Assembly (NCBI GenBank): GCA_002269645.1
Contig: NIVC01000822.1
Coordinates: 124,001-188,000, forward strand
Reading direction: 5' to 3'
Origin: Macrostomum lignano
Taxonomy: Eukaryota
DNA: 64,000 bases
Part shown: positions 1 through 13,473 of the stretch, in pieces
How the letters are laid out: every line of letters starts with the position of its first letter
Position numbering within the stretch: position 1 is the stretch's first letter
Notes under the pieces: generated by a model
Databases searched by the model: none
What the model saw: only the letters and a program-made list of their open reading frames with translations
What the model was told of the DNA's origin: nothing
Translations under genes and position numbers: made by a program

Positions 1-3000
1 AAAGATTACATGTGTAAAGATACTTATGTGTAAAGATACATGTGTAAAGATACATGTGTAAGGATACTTATGTGTAAAGATACATGTGTAAAGATACATG
101 TGTAAAGATACATGTGTAAAGATACTTATGTGTAAAGATACATGTGTAAAGATACATGTGTAAAGATACTTATGTGTAAAGATACATGTGTAAAGATACA
201 TGTGTAAGGATACTTATGTGTAAAGATACATGTGTAAAGATACATCTGTAAAGATACATGTGTAAAGATACTTATGTGTAAAGATACATGTGTAAAGATA
301 CTTATGTGTAAAGATATATGTGTAAAGATACATGTGTAAAGATACTTATGTGTAAAGATACATGTGTAATGATACATGTGTAAAGATACATGTGTAAAGA
401 TACATGTGTAAAGATACATGTGTAAAGATACTTATGTGTAAAGATGTATGTGTAAAGATACACGTAGAAAGATTACATGTGTAAAGATACTTATGTGTAA
501 AGATACTTATGTGTAAAGATACATGTGTAAAGATACTTATGTGTAAAGATACTTATGTGTAAAGATACATGTGTAAAGATACTTATGTGTAAAGATACTT
601 ATGTGTAAAGATGTATGTGTAAAGATACATGTAGAAAGATTACATGTGTAAAGATACTTATGTGTAAAGATACTTATGTGTAAAGATACTTATGTGTAAA
701 GATACTTATGTGTAAAGATACATGTGTAAAGATACTTATGTGTAAAGATACTTATGTGTAAAGATATATGTGTAAAGATACATGTGTAAAGATACTTATG
801 TGTAAAGATACTTATGTGTAAAGATACATGTGTAAAGATACATGTGTAAAGATACTTATGTGTAAAGATACTTATGTGTAAAGATACTTATGTGTAAAGA
901 TACATGTGTAAAGATACTTATGTGTAAAGATGTATGTGTAAAGATACACGTAGAAAGATTACATGTGTAAAGATACTTATGTGTAAAGATACTTATGTGT
1001 AAAGATATATGTGTAAAGATACATGTGTAAAGATACTTATGTGTAAAGATACTTATGTGTAAAGATGTATGTGCAAAGATTACATGTGTAAAGATACTTA
1101 TGTGTAAAGATACTTATGTGTAAAGATACATGTGTAAAGATACATGTGTAAAGATACTTATGTGTAAAGATACTTATGTGTAAAGATACATGTGTAAAGA
1201 TACTTATGTGTAAAGATACTTATGTGTAAAGATGTATGTGTAAAGATACATGTAGAAAGATTACATGTGTAAAGATACTTATGTGTAAAGATACTTATGT
1301 GTAAAGATACTTATGTGTAAAGATACTTATGTGTAAAGATACATGTGTAAAGATACTTATGTGTAAAGATACTTATGTGTAAAGATATATGTGTAAAGAT
1401 ACATGTGTAAAGATACTTATGTGTAAAGATACTTATGTGTAAAGATACATGTGTAAAGATACATGTGTAAAGATACTTATGTGTAAAGATACTTATGTGT
1501 AAAGATACTTATGTGTAAAGATACATGTGTAAAGATACTTATGTGTAAAGATGTATGTGTAAAGATACACGTAGAAAGATTACATGTGTAAAGATACTTA
1601 TGTGTAAAGATACTTATGTGTAAAGATATATGTGTAAAGATACATGTGTAAAGATACTTATGTGTAAAGATACTTATGTGTAAAGATACATGTGTAAAGA
1701 TACTTATGTGTAAAGATACATGTGTAAAGATACATGTGTAAAGATACATGTGTAAAGATACATGTGTAAAGATACATGTGTAAAGATACATTTGTAAAGA
1801 TACATGTGTAAAGATACATGTGTAAAGATACATGTGTAAAGATACATGTGTAAAGATACTTATGTGTAAAGATGTATGTGTAAAGATACATGTAGAAAGA
1901 TTACATGTGTAAAGATACTTATGTGTAAAGATACATGTGTAAAGATACTTATGTGTAAAGATACTTATGTGTAAAGATACATGTGTAAAGATACTTATGT
2001 GTAAAGATGTATGTGTAAAGATACATGTAGAAAGATTACATGTGTAAAGATACTTATGTGTAAAGATACATGTGTAAAGATACATGTGTAAGGATACTTA
2101 TGTGTAAAGATACATGTGTAAAGATACATGTGTAAAGATACATGTGTAAAGATACTTATGTGTAAAGATACATGTGTAAAGATACATGTGTAAAGATACT
2201 TATGTGTAAAGATACATGTGTAAAGATACATGTGTAAGGATACTTATGTGTAAAGATACATGTGTAAAGATACATCTGTAAAGATACATGTGTAAAGATA
2301 CTTATGTGTAAAGATACATGTGTAAAGATACTTATGTGTAAAGATATATGTGTAAAGATACATGTGTAAAGATACTTATGTGTAAAGATACATGTGTAAT
2401 GATACATGTGTAAAGATACATGTGTAAAGATACATGTGTAAAGATACATGTGTAAAGATACTTATGTGTAAAGATGTATGTGTAAAGATACACGTAGAAA
2501 GATTACATGTGTAAAGATACTTATGTGTAAAGATACTTATGTGTAAAGATACATGTGTAAAGATACTTATGTGTAAAGATACTTATGTGTAAAGATGTAT
2601 GTGCAAAGATACATGTAGAAAGATTACATGTGTAAAGATACTTATGTGTAAAGATACTTATGTGTAAAGATACATGTGTAAAGATACATGTGTAAGGATA
2701 CTTATGAGTAAAGATACATGTGTAAAGATACATGTGTAAAGATACATTTGTAAAGATACATGTAGAAAGATTACATGTGTAAAGATACTTATGTGTAAAG
2801 ATACATGTGTAAAGATACTTATGTGTAAAGATGTATGTGTAAAGATACATGTAGAAAGATTACATGTGTAAAGATACTTATGTGTAAAGATACTTATGTG
2901 TAAAGATATATGTGTAAAGATATATGTGTAAAGATACATGTGTAAAGATACATGTGTAAAGATACATGTGTAAAGATACTTATGTGTAAAGATACTTATG

Positions 3001-3222
3001 TGTAAGGATATATGTGTAAAGATATATGTGTAAAGATACATGTGTAAAGATACATGTGTAAAGATACATGTGTAAAGATACTTATGTGTAAAGATGTATG
3101 TGTAAAGATACATGTAGAAAGATTACATGTGTAAAGATACTTATGTGTAAAGATATATGTGTAAAGATACATGTGTAAAGATACATGTGTAAAGAAACAT
3201 GTGTAAAGAAACATGTGCAAAG
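1..3222. repeat. Satellite array of interspersed 14-bp (AAAGATACATGTGT) and 16-bp (AAAGATACTTATGTGT) monomers; continues beyond window start
   Basis: Monomers read directly. A rarer AGAAAGATTACATGT variant recurs. Identical spurious ORFs at 126-419 and 2156-2449 show a 2030-bp higher-order duplication. Confidence 0.97.
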
Positions 3223-3464
3223 CAGATTCATTCAAGCACTAGATTTTTTTACCCTGACGTGTCTCTAATCGCTAATTGTGTAGATACTTTTATGAAGACG
3301 GCAGTACGATCCTAATTTATTTTCTGCGCTACTACAAATATATAATCGACTCGCGCCTTCATCATTGCACGCTCGTAAAATTTCGTGTCAGTGCGCTCAT
3401 GTCAGTGTACTCATGTGACATGTCCAATGAGTGTGCTCCAATACAAGTTGTTCAATCGCTTACC

Positions 3465-3700
3465 CAGGGGCGTCGCCACCGGGGGGGGGACATGTCCCCC
3501 CAGTAAAAGCTGTGGGGGGGGACATGCCAATGCTTCCCCCCCCCAACTCTTGTGATCCGTTATGGATATCAATAATTTTGCTTCAGAGTGACAAATATAT
3601 AGCGCCTACAGCGCTAAAATGAGTGCCTGTGGAGCCAAAATTAGTCTCTGGGGCGCCAAAATGAGTGCCTGCGGCGCTAAATGAGCGCTGATAACACCCA
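3465..3700 (+). mobile_element. MITE-like repeat beginning CAGGGGCGTCGCC, with degenerate 21-bp AAAATGAGTGCCTGCGGCGCC units
   Basis: The same start motif and minisatellite recur at 40841-41292. No convincing right TIR or TSD found. Confidence 0.4.
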
Positions 3701-4630
3701 TTCTGAAAATAATCTACATATACATGTAGAATTCTTTGCTTTGTCCCCCCACAATAAAATCCATTGCGACCCTGTCGGCTTGCCCATATGATAGTGCGCT
3801 CTTCAAAAGGCGTCCCATAAAAGGATAAGCAGGTGATAACTAATAGACGAAAAATTCCCACTGCCTAAAATCCTCGCCCTTAATAGGTTTCGCTTATGCT
3901 AATTCCGAAAGGGGTACTTTACATGTAGATTTAACCCGTGGCTTGTGCTTGAACGGATTGGAGAAATCCAAAAACATTTTTTTCAGTCAAGCATAGATAA
4001 TCTGAGCGCCTAGAAATGTACGCCAGGACGCGTAAAAAATATGAGGCTGCGAGGCAGCGACCTTGGACGAAGAAATGACTAGACTGGGCAAACTATGTTT
4101 ACAGGAACGCGTTGCTAAAAGTACAAATCCTAGTATTGGCTGCCTATTTATTATTCTATTTTTAGACAAGAAATAGACAAGTTCTACGACCACAGAAAAT
4201 TAATTGACTTTGAAGCAAACCGTAGCATCAACAAATACTGTTTCCTTGGAACTTTCTTGATGTGCTTTTACTGAAAGAAAACTATGCGAGTTTTCTAGGC
4301 AATGGCCAAGGTCAATGGCCAATGGCCAATGGCGTTGGAAATGGAAATTTGGCCATTAGCTTAAATTACCGCTTCATATTAGCTGCATTGATTGAATTGT
4401 CTATGGTCGAAACAGGACTTTCAGTTAATGACCAGCCATTAAGCATTAAGTTACGTTAAGTGCATTTCGATCAATGCAAAATTTGATTTCATAGACAGTT
4501 GTCTATGAATTTAGACCTTATGAATTTCAACAACTGCATCTAAAATTTGCAAGTTGCAAGTATCGTAAAAATAATTTTGTACAGCAAGAGTGCAGCTGAC
4601 CCGTAAAACAATGCCTATTCACCCACTCAC

Positions 4631-5370
4631 CTAGGAGGGCCGGGTGTTGCTGCTTTCTGGCAGCACTCAATCTTCACTGCCGAGCAGCACAAAAGCGGCG
4701 GAGGAGGCAGCGGCGCTTGAGCAGAGGACGCGGCAACCTGTGTCTGCTGCGGCGTCTGTGGCGTCTGCGGTTGCCCTGATGGCGAATCTCTGGTAGACGA
4801 GGCAGGTGCGCTGGCGCTGGCGGTTGCCGGGCTGGCGTCTCCGTCGCCGACACCAGTGCTAGAGCCGGCACCACTTGTATCACCGTTGTCGCACGGACGA
4901 AGCGCCAACAGGCGGCGCTTTTTCGGGACTGCCAGACAGCACTGCGGTGTTTGGAGAGGCTTGCCAGCTGGGCAGCCTTCGACTGGGCAACAACCACCGC
5001 CTGTGTCAACCAGGCAGCAGTCAACTGTCAGCCGCTCATCAATGTCATCGCACGGGCAGACCTGTCGCTTCAAACTGGAGCCGCTAGTCTGCGTGCTGGC
5101 CTCTGAATGAGCGCTGGAGGCACCAGCCTGAGATGCTGGAAGCATCAAAGTGCGCACCAGCGACATGCAATGATCAAACTGCAGGTGCTGGAGCAGAGAC
5201 CAGGGTGTGCGGCAGCGCCTGTTGCATTTGGAGCATTCGAGCATCGACTCTGATGGGCCCGAGCCATCGTACCGAATGTGGCAGCTAGAGATCTTATGGT
5301 CCAGGAAGCGGTGGAAGTCCATCACTTCGAATTCGGCGTGGCAGGCCCCGCAGGACAGATAGTCGGGCAT
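4631..5370 (-). CDS. BCL11-like: 5' coding exon of a BCL11/Ctip-like zinc-finger transcription factor
   Basis: DYLSCGACHAEFEVMDFHRFLDHKISSC fits the BCL11 N-terminal CCHC finger. CSKCNRRCRTPWSLLQHLQFDH fits the first C2H2 finger (W-x-LLQH-x-Q-xx-H). The ORF stop falls inside a consensus donor AG|GTGAGT (intron starts at 4630), so the gene continues toward or past position 1. Confidence 0.85.
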
Positions 5371-6606
5371 TCTTTGACTTTTGCGCCCAACTATGGCTAA
5401 TGCAGCTTTTTGGGCTTACTGGAACTTCGCTTAGCGCTTTTGTGTAGCCTTTCCCTGAACTGTGCCTCAGCACCCCTCTTATGCTTTCGCACAGAGCGCA
5501 CTAAAAAGAGGGCTGGCGGAAGAGATGTGTGGGGCAGGCAGTCATTGGCCGTACAACGTACAACCCTGACGCCTCTCGGCGAGTGAAGGGGTATGAGGGT
5601 GAAGACCGAAGCAGCGGAGATTCACTTCGACCCCCAGCCCACCCCATTTCGAAGCCCACGAATGTACATGCTATCAGACACTGTCCACGTAAAGCCACTG
5701 CATGCCTGACAAGCTCTGAAACGTTTTTCAGCCTAGCCATGAGAGTGCGTTCGTTTTGCCTCGACTGCCTTTCCTTTTTCTCTCTACCCAGACCACCCTA
5801 TGCCCCACTCAAACACGGTTGCAACAGAAACTACTGCGAGTCTGCGAGCTGCAGCCTCTGATGTTCAGAATTTGAGTCAGTTAAGACTGCAAGAGAATGA
5901 AGGCAGGCTGGGTAGAAACTATTCAACCCATCGCTTTTAACTGAACGCTTATTCGATGCATTTTTATTCGGGTTATTTCGGCTATAAAGTAACTACAGGG
6001 TACCTACCGATAAACTGGGGCACAAAAGGAATCTAGCTCGTAATATTTATTGTACAAGTATTACGCTCGTAGTGTGACAGCTTTCGAGCGTACTAGAAGT
6101 AAAAAAATACTTCAGTAGTAGGCTGAACACCATCTAATGGTTTAACCAGTTGACTTCCGATGCATTCCTTCACGATTTAATTACTTTGCTACAATTTTTA
6201 CCCTCAATTTGAACCCTTTTGTAAAGTGACAAATAATAGTAACAAAATTCGACACTCAAACTCAACGGGAGGGCAACGAAATTATTGTAAAAATCCAGGT
6301 GTTTACTCCAAACTAATCAAAAAAGATCTTCTCCATCTCCACTCAACAGGATCTCCCCAGAGCTCTGTGTCTGCACTACTGAGTTTGTCTCGCACATTTC
6401 TACCGCTTCCGGCATCAACCTTTCACAGGCCTGCATCCCCGCCCGCTCCGCCGTGCCGCCTGTCGCTTGTACCAAGGATTTCTCTATAACTAACCTAGTT
6501 ATAGTTATAGAAAAGTCTAGTTATAGAGAATTGCTTGTACCCAGCACCCGAAAATTTTATGCCCGCCATCTGTGACCCTGGATAGTGAGCAGGTGAGGGG
6601 GGGGGG

Positions 6607-6925
6607 CATCACAAACCCGAAAAATCACAACTCCATCATAAACCCGAAATATCATAACTCCGAAATCGCTAGCAATGCACGTCATAAACCCGAAATATCA
6701 TAACTCCGAAATCGCTAGCAATGCACGTCATAAACCCGAAAAATCACAAGCCTGAAATATCAAAACTCCGAAAGCAATGCCCAACACTATTTTGGTTTTC
6801 GGAGTTATGATATTTCGGGCTTATGATGGGCGTTGCTAGCAATTTCGGAGTTATGATATTTCGGGGTTTTTGATATTTCGAGTTTATGATGGGCGTTGCT
6901 AACACTTTTAAAGTTATGATATTTC
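6607..6925. mobile_element. Foldback-like element made of 46-bp subrepeats in inverted arms
   Basis: CATAAACCCGAAATATCATAACTCCGAAAT units at 6637, 6683 and 6729; reverse-complement copies (TTTCGGAGTTATGATATTTCGGG) at about 6797-6925. Confidence 0.7.
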
Positions 6926-7454
6926 ATTCCTCCTACCTACTCAAGCTTGTGCAAGCCACAGTGCCTTCGCGGCAACACCAAACCCCACCAAGCCCGACTG
7001 GCTCTCTTCTGCCGCGGAGCCCGACGTCTTCTGAGCAGGCAGCCACGCAGGGCAGAGCCGCTACAGCCGCATCATCCTCGCCTGCTCTGCAGCAGCCTTT
7101 TTGGCTTTCAAGGCTGCGCTTGCGCTGTTGGTCGCCTGGTGGGGCGTCCGTCCTTCGTCTGGGCGAGCTGCTTCCATCTACCGTTGGTTCTGCTTTGAGC
7201 ACGGTGATCTGTCTACCTGCCCGGCGGCCTTCGCCTGACCATCGGCAAGTCCAAGACTTCTTAGAGTAATAAGAACCTGGAGAGACAACTGGAAACATTT
7301 TTATTGAGAATTTAATTTTTTTCAAAGGGTAAGGACCCTGCGCTGATGATTTAAAGTCTTAGGGATCTGGTTTCGCGTTGCGAATTGAATGTGAGGAGAA
7401 GAATGCAGATTATTTTCTGGTTGTTTCGAAGATACTATGGGTGGATGTCAGTGG

Positions 7455-7770
7455 ATTATGTAGGACACCTGTTATGCTCTGATTCTGTCGGGGAGGAAGG
7501 AGGATAGGTTAGGAGGATTATGAATGACGTTTTGTGAGCGAGTGCGACCCTCTTTTTTCTGATTCAGGGATAATATGGATGGATTTAATGGGATTATGTT
7601 CGAAGTTTTCGGAACAAGTAGGACACCTGTTATGCTCTGATTCTGTCGGGGATAATATGGATGGATTTAATGGGATTATGGAGGACGTTTTGTGAGCGAG
7701 TGCGACCCCCTTTTTTCTGATTCTGTCGGGGATAATATGGATGGATTTAATGGAATTAGGGAGGACGTTA
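7455..7770. repeat. Degenerate tandem duplication, period about 159 bp with ~80-bp submodules
   Basis: TAGGACACCTGTTATGCTCTGATTCTGTCGGG at about 7460 and 7619; GATAATATGGATGGATTTAATGG three times. Confidence 0.8.
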
Positions 7771-9337
7771 AAAATTTTGTCCCAGAAGCCCCCTCATGCA
7801 TTCTACTCGGTTCAGACTTCACAAGACCTAACTTTCATAACATTTAAATCTCACGTTTGAACTTCAAAAGACTAAACTTTCACAAGGCCTAGATTAATCG
7901 CACTGCCTTCGTAGTCGTAAGTAGGCAATGAGTTTATCTTTGTATGTACGAGCATACTAAGTTTATGAGGGACAGATGCATGCAAAGGTAGGACGGAAAA
8001 GTAAACAGATTTTACTCCACAGAAGATAATTCTTTAACAGAAAATAATTTTCTACCATGCCGCTTAAATCTGGATTAAATTTGACCAGAAACACCAATCT
8101 GCTCAGCGTAGCAGACAAAAACCGGATTTTTTCCCTTCCAGGGTCCAAGCTAAAAGCTGCGCTCCAGTTTTAAAAAATGTACTTCCTATTTCAAATTTTC
8201 TTTGTCTGTCTAAATTTTAGGAGGACCCGCTGACTTCCAGCCAGCTTGCTTTGTCTGGAGTCTAGACATCGATGCTGAATGCCCTTCCCTTATTGTATAG
8301 ATAAAGCCCCTCTTTATGTACAAACAGTACAACTATTAGCTCTGTGTGTTTTGGATTCTTGCTGGACAGCTTAACCCGGGAATAAGAATTATGAGTGTAT
8401 AAATGAAAATAACCTGTCTCTCCAGGGTTCAGGTTTGGGGGGCCGGGAAAGAAATAGCACTTCGGTCTGGGATAGACAGAGCTGTACATGATTCGCGTAC
8501 AGTTAAATATGCGCTCTCTATCTCTGCCCACTCACTGTTGGCTGTCTCACCCGTTGAACTTGGCAAGTCATGGGGAGCAGGGAAGAGGGAGCAGGGAAGA
8601 CTGCAACCCCAAAGCAGAATTTCTCCTCTTGCCCCAGTGCAACTCCTATGCTATATGAATAATCGGCCGCGCTTCCCAATCGACTTGCCCAATAGCGCCT
8701 AGCAGTGGAAAAAACCTTGGAACCTCAGTCAGAGAGGTGCTTCAGTCTGCGACAGAATTTCACCAAGCAATTACTGTGAGATCATTTTTCTAATTTATTA
8801 GTTGTGCTGCTATGGATCTTTTAGATGTCTATCGAATTTACTGGGGTATTTATCCTAGGTTTTGAACTCATTTTAAAAGCCTTCTTAACTTAATCAATAG
8901 GCTCGTATCTGTCTTCAGTAAAAATCTAATTGCAGAGATTCGAATTAAAATAAATTGTGACCAATCAAACAAGAAAAGTTTTCAAAACTCGGTTCCCATT
9001 CTCAGTGACAGCGAATTGCTTGTAAGGGCCGGTTCATATTTAACGTTCATATTTGAGCAATTTTTCGTCGTCGGAACACTGGCGGTAGTTTGAGTCGGCC
9101 TATTTATAGACGCAGGAAAGAAAACCTATAGCTCGAATAAAATGAAAAAAATTATGAATGAAACTAATTTGGTTGGTAAAAATCTACTCGCGTGACTCGC
9201 ATGAAAACTCGCACGCCAGAGGGATTGCTGAGAAGAATCGCATGATAATGTTTTAGGCAGATCAGATCGAGTGTGTAAATAAGCGAAATTGTACTCTACG
9301 TTAGACATAGACATTTACAGAATTTCTCCCTATCATG

Positions 9338-9378
9338 AAAGACACACAGACACAGACAGTTAAATTTTTGTAGTTAGA
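9338..9378 (-). mobile_element. Helitron-like 5' end (A|TCTAACTACAAAAAT... then TGTC microsatellite)
   Basis: Same layout as the 5' end at 59109; the 3' end was not located. Confidence 0.5.
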
Positions 9379-9422
9379 TATATAAGGTGTTCAGTAGGCC
9401 GTAGGGCAACCCGGCTTAAAAA

Positions 9423-9477
9423 TCTAAATATACTAAATCTCTAATATTTGTTTGTATGTTTGTCCATAACGCTCTAG
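9423..9477 (+). mobile_element. 55-bp 5' fragment of Helitron family C, ending at an internal CTAG
   Basis: TCTAAATATACTAAATCTCTAA...TTTGTATGTTTG...CATAACGCTCTAG matches the reverse complement of about 39971-40033. Confidence 0.7.
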
Positions 9478-12400
9478 TCCAATCTACTAAAAATCAAAAC
9501 TATGTACCTACCTACCTACCTACCTACCTATCTATATATCTATAGGAACCTTCGTTTAACTAGACTTTGCGTGGTCCGAATTTCGTGGGGTTTTCTGCAT
9601 TCGATGCGTATTGATGGTGCACTGGTACACAAAATTTTGCTAAGAAATTGCTTCATTTTTTAGGGATTAAATATTCGAAAAACTCGATTTTTTGCCCGTT
9701 TTTTTAAGTTCAAACAGTTTTTTTCGATTGAGAAGCGTTCTGACTGCCGATGGAATTGTATTGCATCATAACTCAGTGCCAACTATAGCATTGGTTCTCT
9801 ACACTCGCGTGGAAAGCTACAAGCGTTGAAAGGTTGCGCAACACCTTTAAGTTATTGAAATTGGGGGGAGGGTTTCGCCATTCAATTAGTCCTGGGCATT
9901 GCTTGGTTGTTAATTTCAATGCATCAACTTGAAAGCCTCTCACTGAAGCTGGCGCTGAATGTACACCTTATGAATTTGACTGCTTTAAAGCAGGAATGTT
10001 CAATCGCTGTTTGCGCTTTGAGTTTTTCACTTTCAGAAGAGAACTTTGTATTGCTGGAAAGAGCTAGGAACGCTGAGTTCGGGAATATAATTTGTTTTCT
10101 GAGATTCGAAAAATTAAGAGCACAGCATTAAAAAGAAGATTTTTATACTTTTTACTTTATACTCGTATACTCATTGTACGCTCTTCCATATCGCAAACCC
10201 CTACTTTATCGCAACTCCGCAATTCAAGCCAGCGCCATTGGATTTCAATTTAGATTGCGTAACCATATTGTTCACTTTAATAGTTGACTTTAATAATTGA
10301 ACTGATATTTTCTGCCTGAGAAATTGATTATGTCATAACTTGCTTCGAGTGATTTCTACTCTATGCTTGGAGTTTTCAGTGTTGAATTATATATGTGCTA
10401 CAATTCATGTTATCAAAACGATGAGTTAGCCTAGAGGTGAACAGACTGAACTGCTAATGCAGCGACGTGGGTTCGAATTTTTAGAGAGTAAATAATGCAG
10501 CGACGTGGGTTCGAATTTTTAGAGAGTAAAAGTTTTTTTATTAAAAATTTTAACTTTAAAAAACGTCCGGTAAATCAGGTAAAAAAGAAGAAGCTACGAG
10601 CGTTCATGTAGTATGTTCAAACTTTTTTATTAAACTTTGAATTTTGAAAAGGATTATTGCACTAGATAAGAAACTACGCTCGTAATTATTGTACTAGCTG
10701 AGTAAATTGTTTCACTGTCTTGCTTGGGTTACTTTCTATCAGGGGATGCTTGCTATCGAAAGGACGCTTGCTCTTAGGGCATGCTTGATCGGGTGAGATT
10801 GCTAAGATGTCAAAACATACTGGGGAATTATTCAGATATGCAGGCTTACTGGGGAATTACTGAGATGTCAAGCCTTAAAGGGACTTGCTGAGATGCCAAA
10901 AGGAAATTGCTGAGGTTTCAAGGCGTGGGGGGATTTCTGAGATGTCAGGCCCTTGGACGGGGAGAAATTGCTAAGTTGTGAAGACCTACTGATGTGAAGA
11001 CCATCTCAACAATTCCCCCAAGCCTTGACACCTCAGTTCATTCTCTCTTAAGCTTTGACATCTCAGCAATTCGCTCTCAAGGCTGAAGAGGGACTTTCTG
11101 AGACGCCAAGGCTTGTTGGGGGGATTGCTGAGATGTTAAGGCTTGGGGGGAATTTCTGAGATATAAAGGCTTACTTGGAGGACTGCTGAGATGTCAAGGC
11201 TTACTGGGGAAATCACTGAGATATAAAGGCTTACTTGGAGGACTGCTGAGATGTCAAGTCTTGGCAGGGGAATTCCTGAAATTTCAAGTCTTGAGAGCGA
11301 ATTGCTGAGATATCAAAGCTGAAGAGAGAATGAACTGAGGTATCAAGGCTTGGGGGGAATTGTTGAGATGTCAAGTCTTGGGGGGGGGGAATTCTGTGGA
11401 TTGGGGATTCCTTCCATGAGGGCTGCTTCTAATGGATATCTTTAGATAGGTGATTCATTGGGAAATTCCATCGATGGGGGATTCTTTCGATGGAGGGTTC
11501 TTTGAATGGGGGATTCTTTAGATGAAGGATTCTTTGGCCTAGGATTTTATTGATGGGGGATTATTTAGACGGGAGACTCTTTGGATTCTTTAGATGGAGT
11601 TTATTTGGAGTATGATTCTTTGGATTATTTGGACGGGGTTCTTTAGATGAGGGGACTCAGATTCAGATTCTTCAGATTCAATGATTCTTTTGATGGAGGT
11701 TTATTTGGATGAGGGAATATTTGCATTATTTTGATCGGGATTCTGTGGATGGGGGGATTCTTTGGATAGGGGTGGATGGGGGGATTCTTTAGATTGGGAT
11801 GGATGGGGGGATTCTTTGGATAGGGATGGATGGGGATTCTTTGGATTGGGATGGATGGGGGGATTCTTTGGATAGGGACGGATGGGGATTCTTTGGATAG
11901 GGGATTCTGTCGATGGGGGATTCATTGGAAGGGGAATTCTTCGGATCGGGGATTCTATCGATGGGGGTTTCTTTGGATGGGGATTCTCTGCATGTGAGAT
12001 TCTTTGTATCGTGGATTCTATGGGTGGTGGATTCTTTGGATGGGGGATTCTTTAAATTTGAGATTCAGTTGGGTGAAATTTTATTGCGTGGAAAAACTGT
12101 GGTTTGAGTTTGGACGAATAGCCCCAACGGGGGTTGGAATTGGATAGCTGAGGAAATTGTTTCACTAATCTTGGTGGGGGTACTTTCTATCAGGGGATGC
12201 TTGCTCGGAAGAGAATTCTAAGATGTCAAGATTTATAGGGGGAATTATTGAAATACATGTATAAAATCTTACCTATTGGAATTAATGAGATGTGAAGGCT
12301 TAAGAGGGACTTGGGGGGATTGCAAGGCTTAAGAGGGACTTGCTGAGATGCAAGACTTGTGGGGGAGAATTGCTGAGATTTCAAGGCTTAACGGGGAACT

Positions 12401-13473
12401 GCTGAGATGTCAAGGCTTTGGACGGGGAGAAATTGGTAAGATGTCAAGGCGTTGGACGGGGAGAAATTGGTAAGATGTCAAGGCGTTGGACGGGGAGAAA
12501 TTGGTAAGATGTCAAGGCTTTGGACGGGGAGAAATTGGTAAGATGTCAAGGCTTGGGGGAATTTTATGAGGTGTCGAGGCTCGGGGGAATTGCTGAGATG
12601 TTAAGTTTTGGGGGGAATTCTATGGATTGATGATTCTTTGGATGAGGGATGCTTCTAATGGATGGATATCTTTGGATAGATGATTCATTAGGGAATTCCT
12701 TTGATGGGGCATTGTTTCGATGGAGGGTTTTTCGAATGGTTGATTCTTTAGATGAAGGATTCGTTAGATGGGGGTTATTTGGACGGGGGTTCTTTAGATG
12801 AGGGGATTCTTTGGCCAAGAATTCTATTAATAGGGGGATTATTTGGATGGGAGATTCTTTGGATTCGTTGGATGGGGATTATTCGGACGGGGTTCTTTAG
12901 ATGAGGGAATTCTTTGGCCAATTATTTCTTTGATGGCGGATTATTTAGATGGGAGATCTATGGATTATTTAGATGGGAGATCTATGGTTTATTTAGATGG
13001 GGATTATGATGTGAATTATTTGGACGGGGATTCATTGGGGGGGGGATTCTTTGGATATGGATGGATGGGGGATTCTTTAGGTAGGAATGAATGAGGAAAT
13101 TCTTTGGATAGGAATGAATGAGGAAATTCTTTGGATAGGGATGGATGGAGGATTCTTTATATTTGGATTCTGTGGATGAGGGATTCTTTGGATGGGGATT
13201 CTGTGGATGAGGGATTCTTTGGATGGGGATTCTGTGGATGAGGGATTCTTTGGATGGGGATTCGTTAGATAGGGGGCTTCTGTAGATCGGGAATTTCTTG
13301 AGTAGGGGATTCATTGAATGGGGAATTATTCGGATCGGTGATTCTATCGATAGGGGTTCTTTGGATGGGGGATTCTTTGCATGTGAGATTCTTTGCATCG
13401 GGGATTTTGTGGATGGGGAAAACAGTGGTTGGAGTTTGGACGGAAAGCCCCAACGGGGGTTGGGATTGGCTAG
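9478..13473 (+). mobile_element. Non-autonomous Helitron family A, copy 1 (~4.0 kb)
   Basis: 5' TCCAATCTACTAAAAAT plus (TACC)n; 3' hairpin AGCCCC-AACG-GGGGTT followed 8 nt later by CTAG (13470-13473). Contains ~29-30-bp and GGGGATTCTTT minisatellites; no RepHel ORF. Confidence 0.8.
10420..10480 (+). pseudogene. tRNA-like cassette (A box/B box), tRNA-Ser(GCT)-like, inside Helitron A copy 1
   Basis: TAGCCTAGAGG (A-box-like), ACTGCTAAT (anticodon-loop-like), CGTGGGTTCGAAT (B box). No acceptor stem. T-arm part tandemly duplicated to about 10532. Confidence 0.55.

Noticed and set aside
126-3235. ORFs of the MYLYTCIFTH type
   Set aside because: Translations of the satellite.
4299-4357. Tandem CCAATGG motifs as a promoter
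   Set aside because: Short intronic repeat with no associated gene start.
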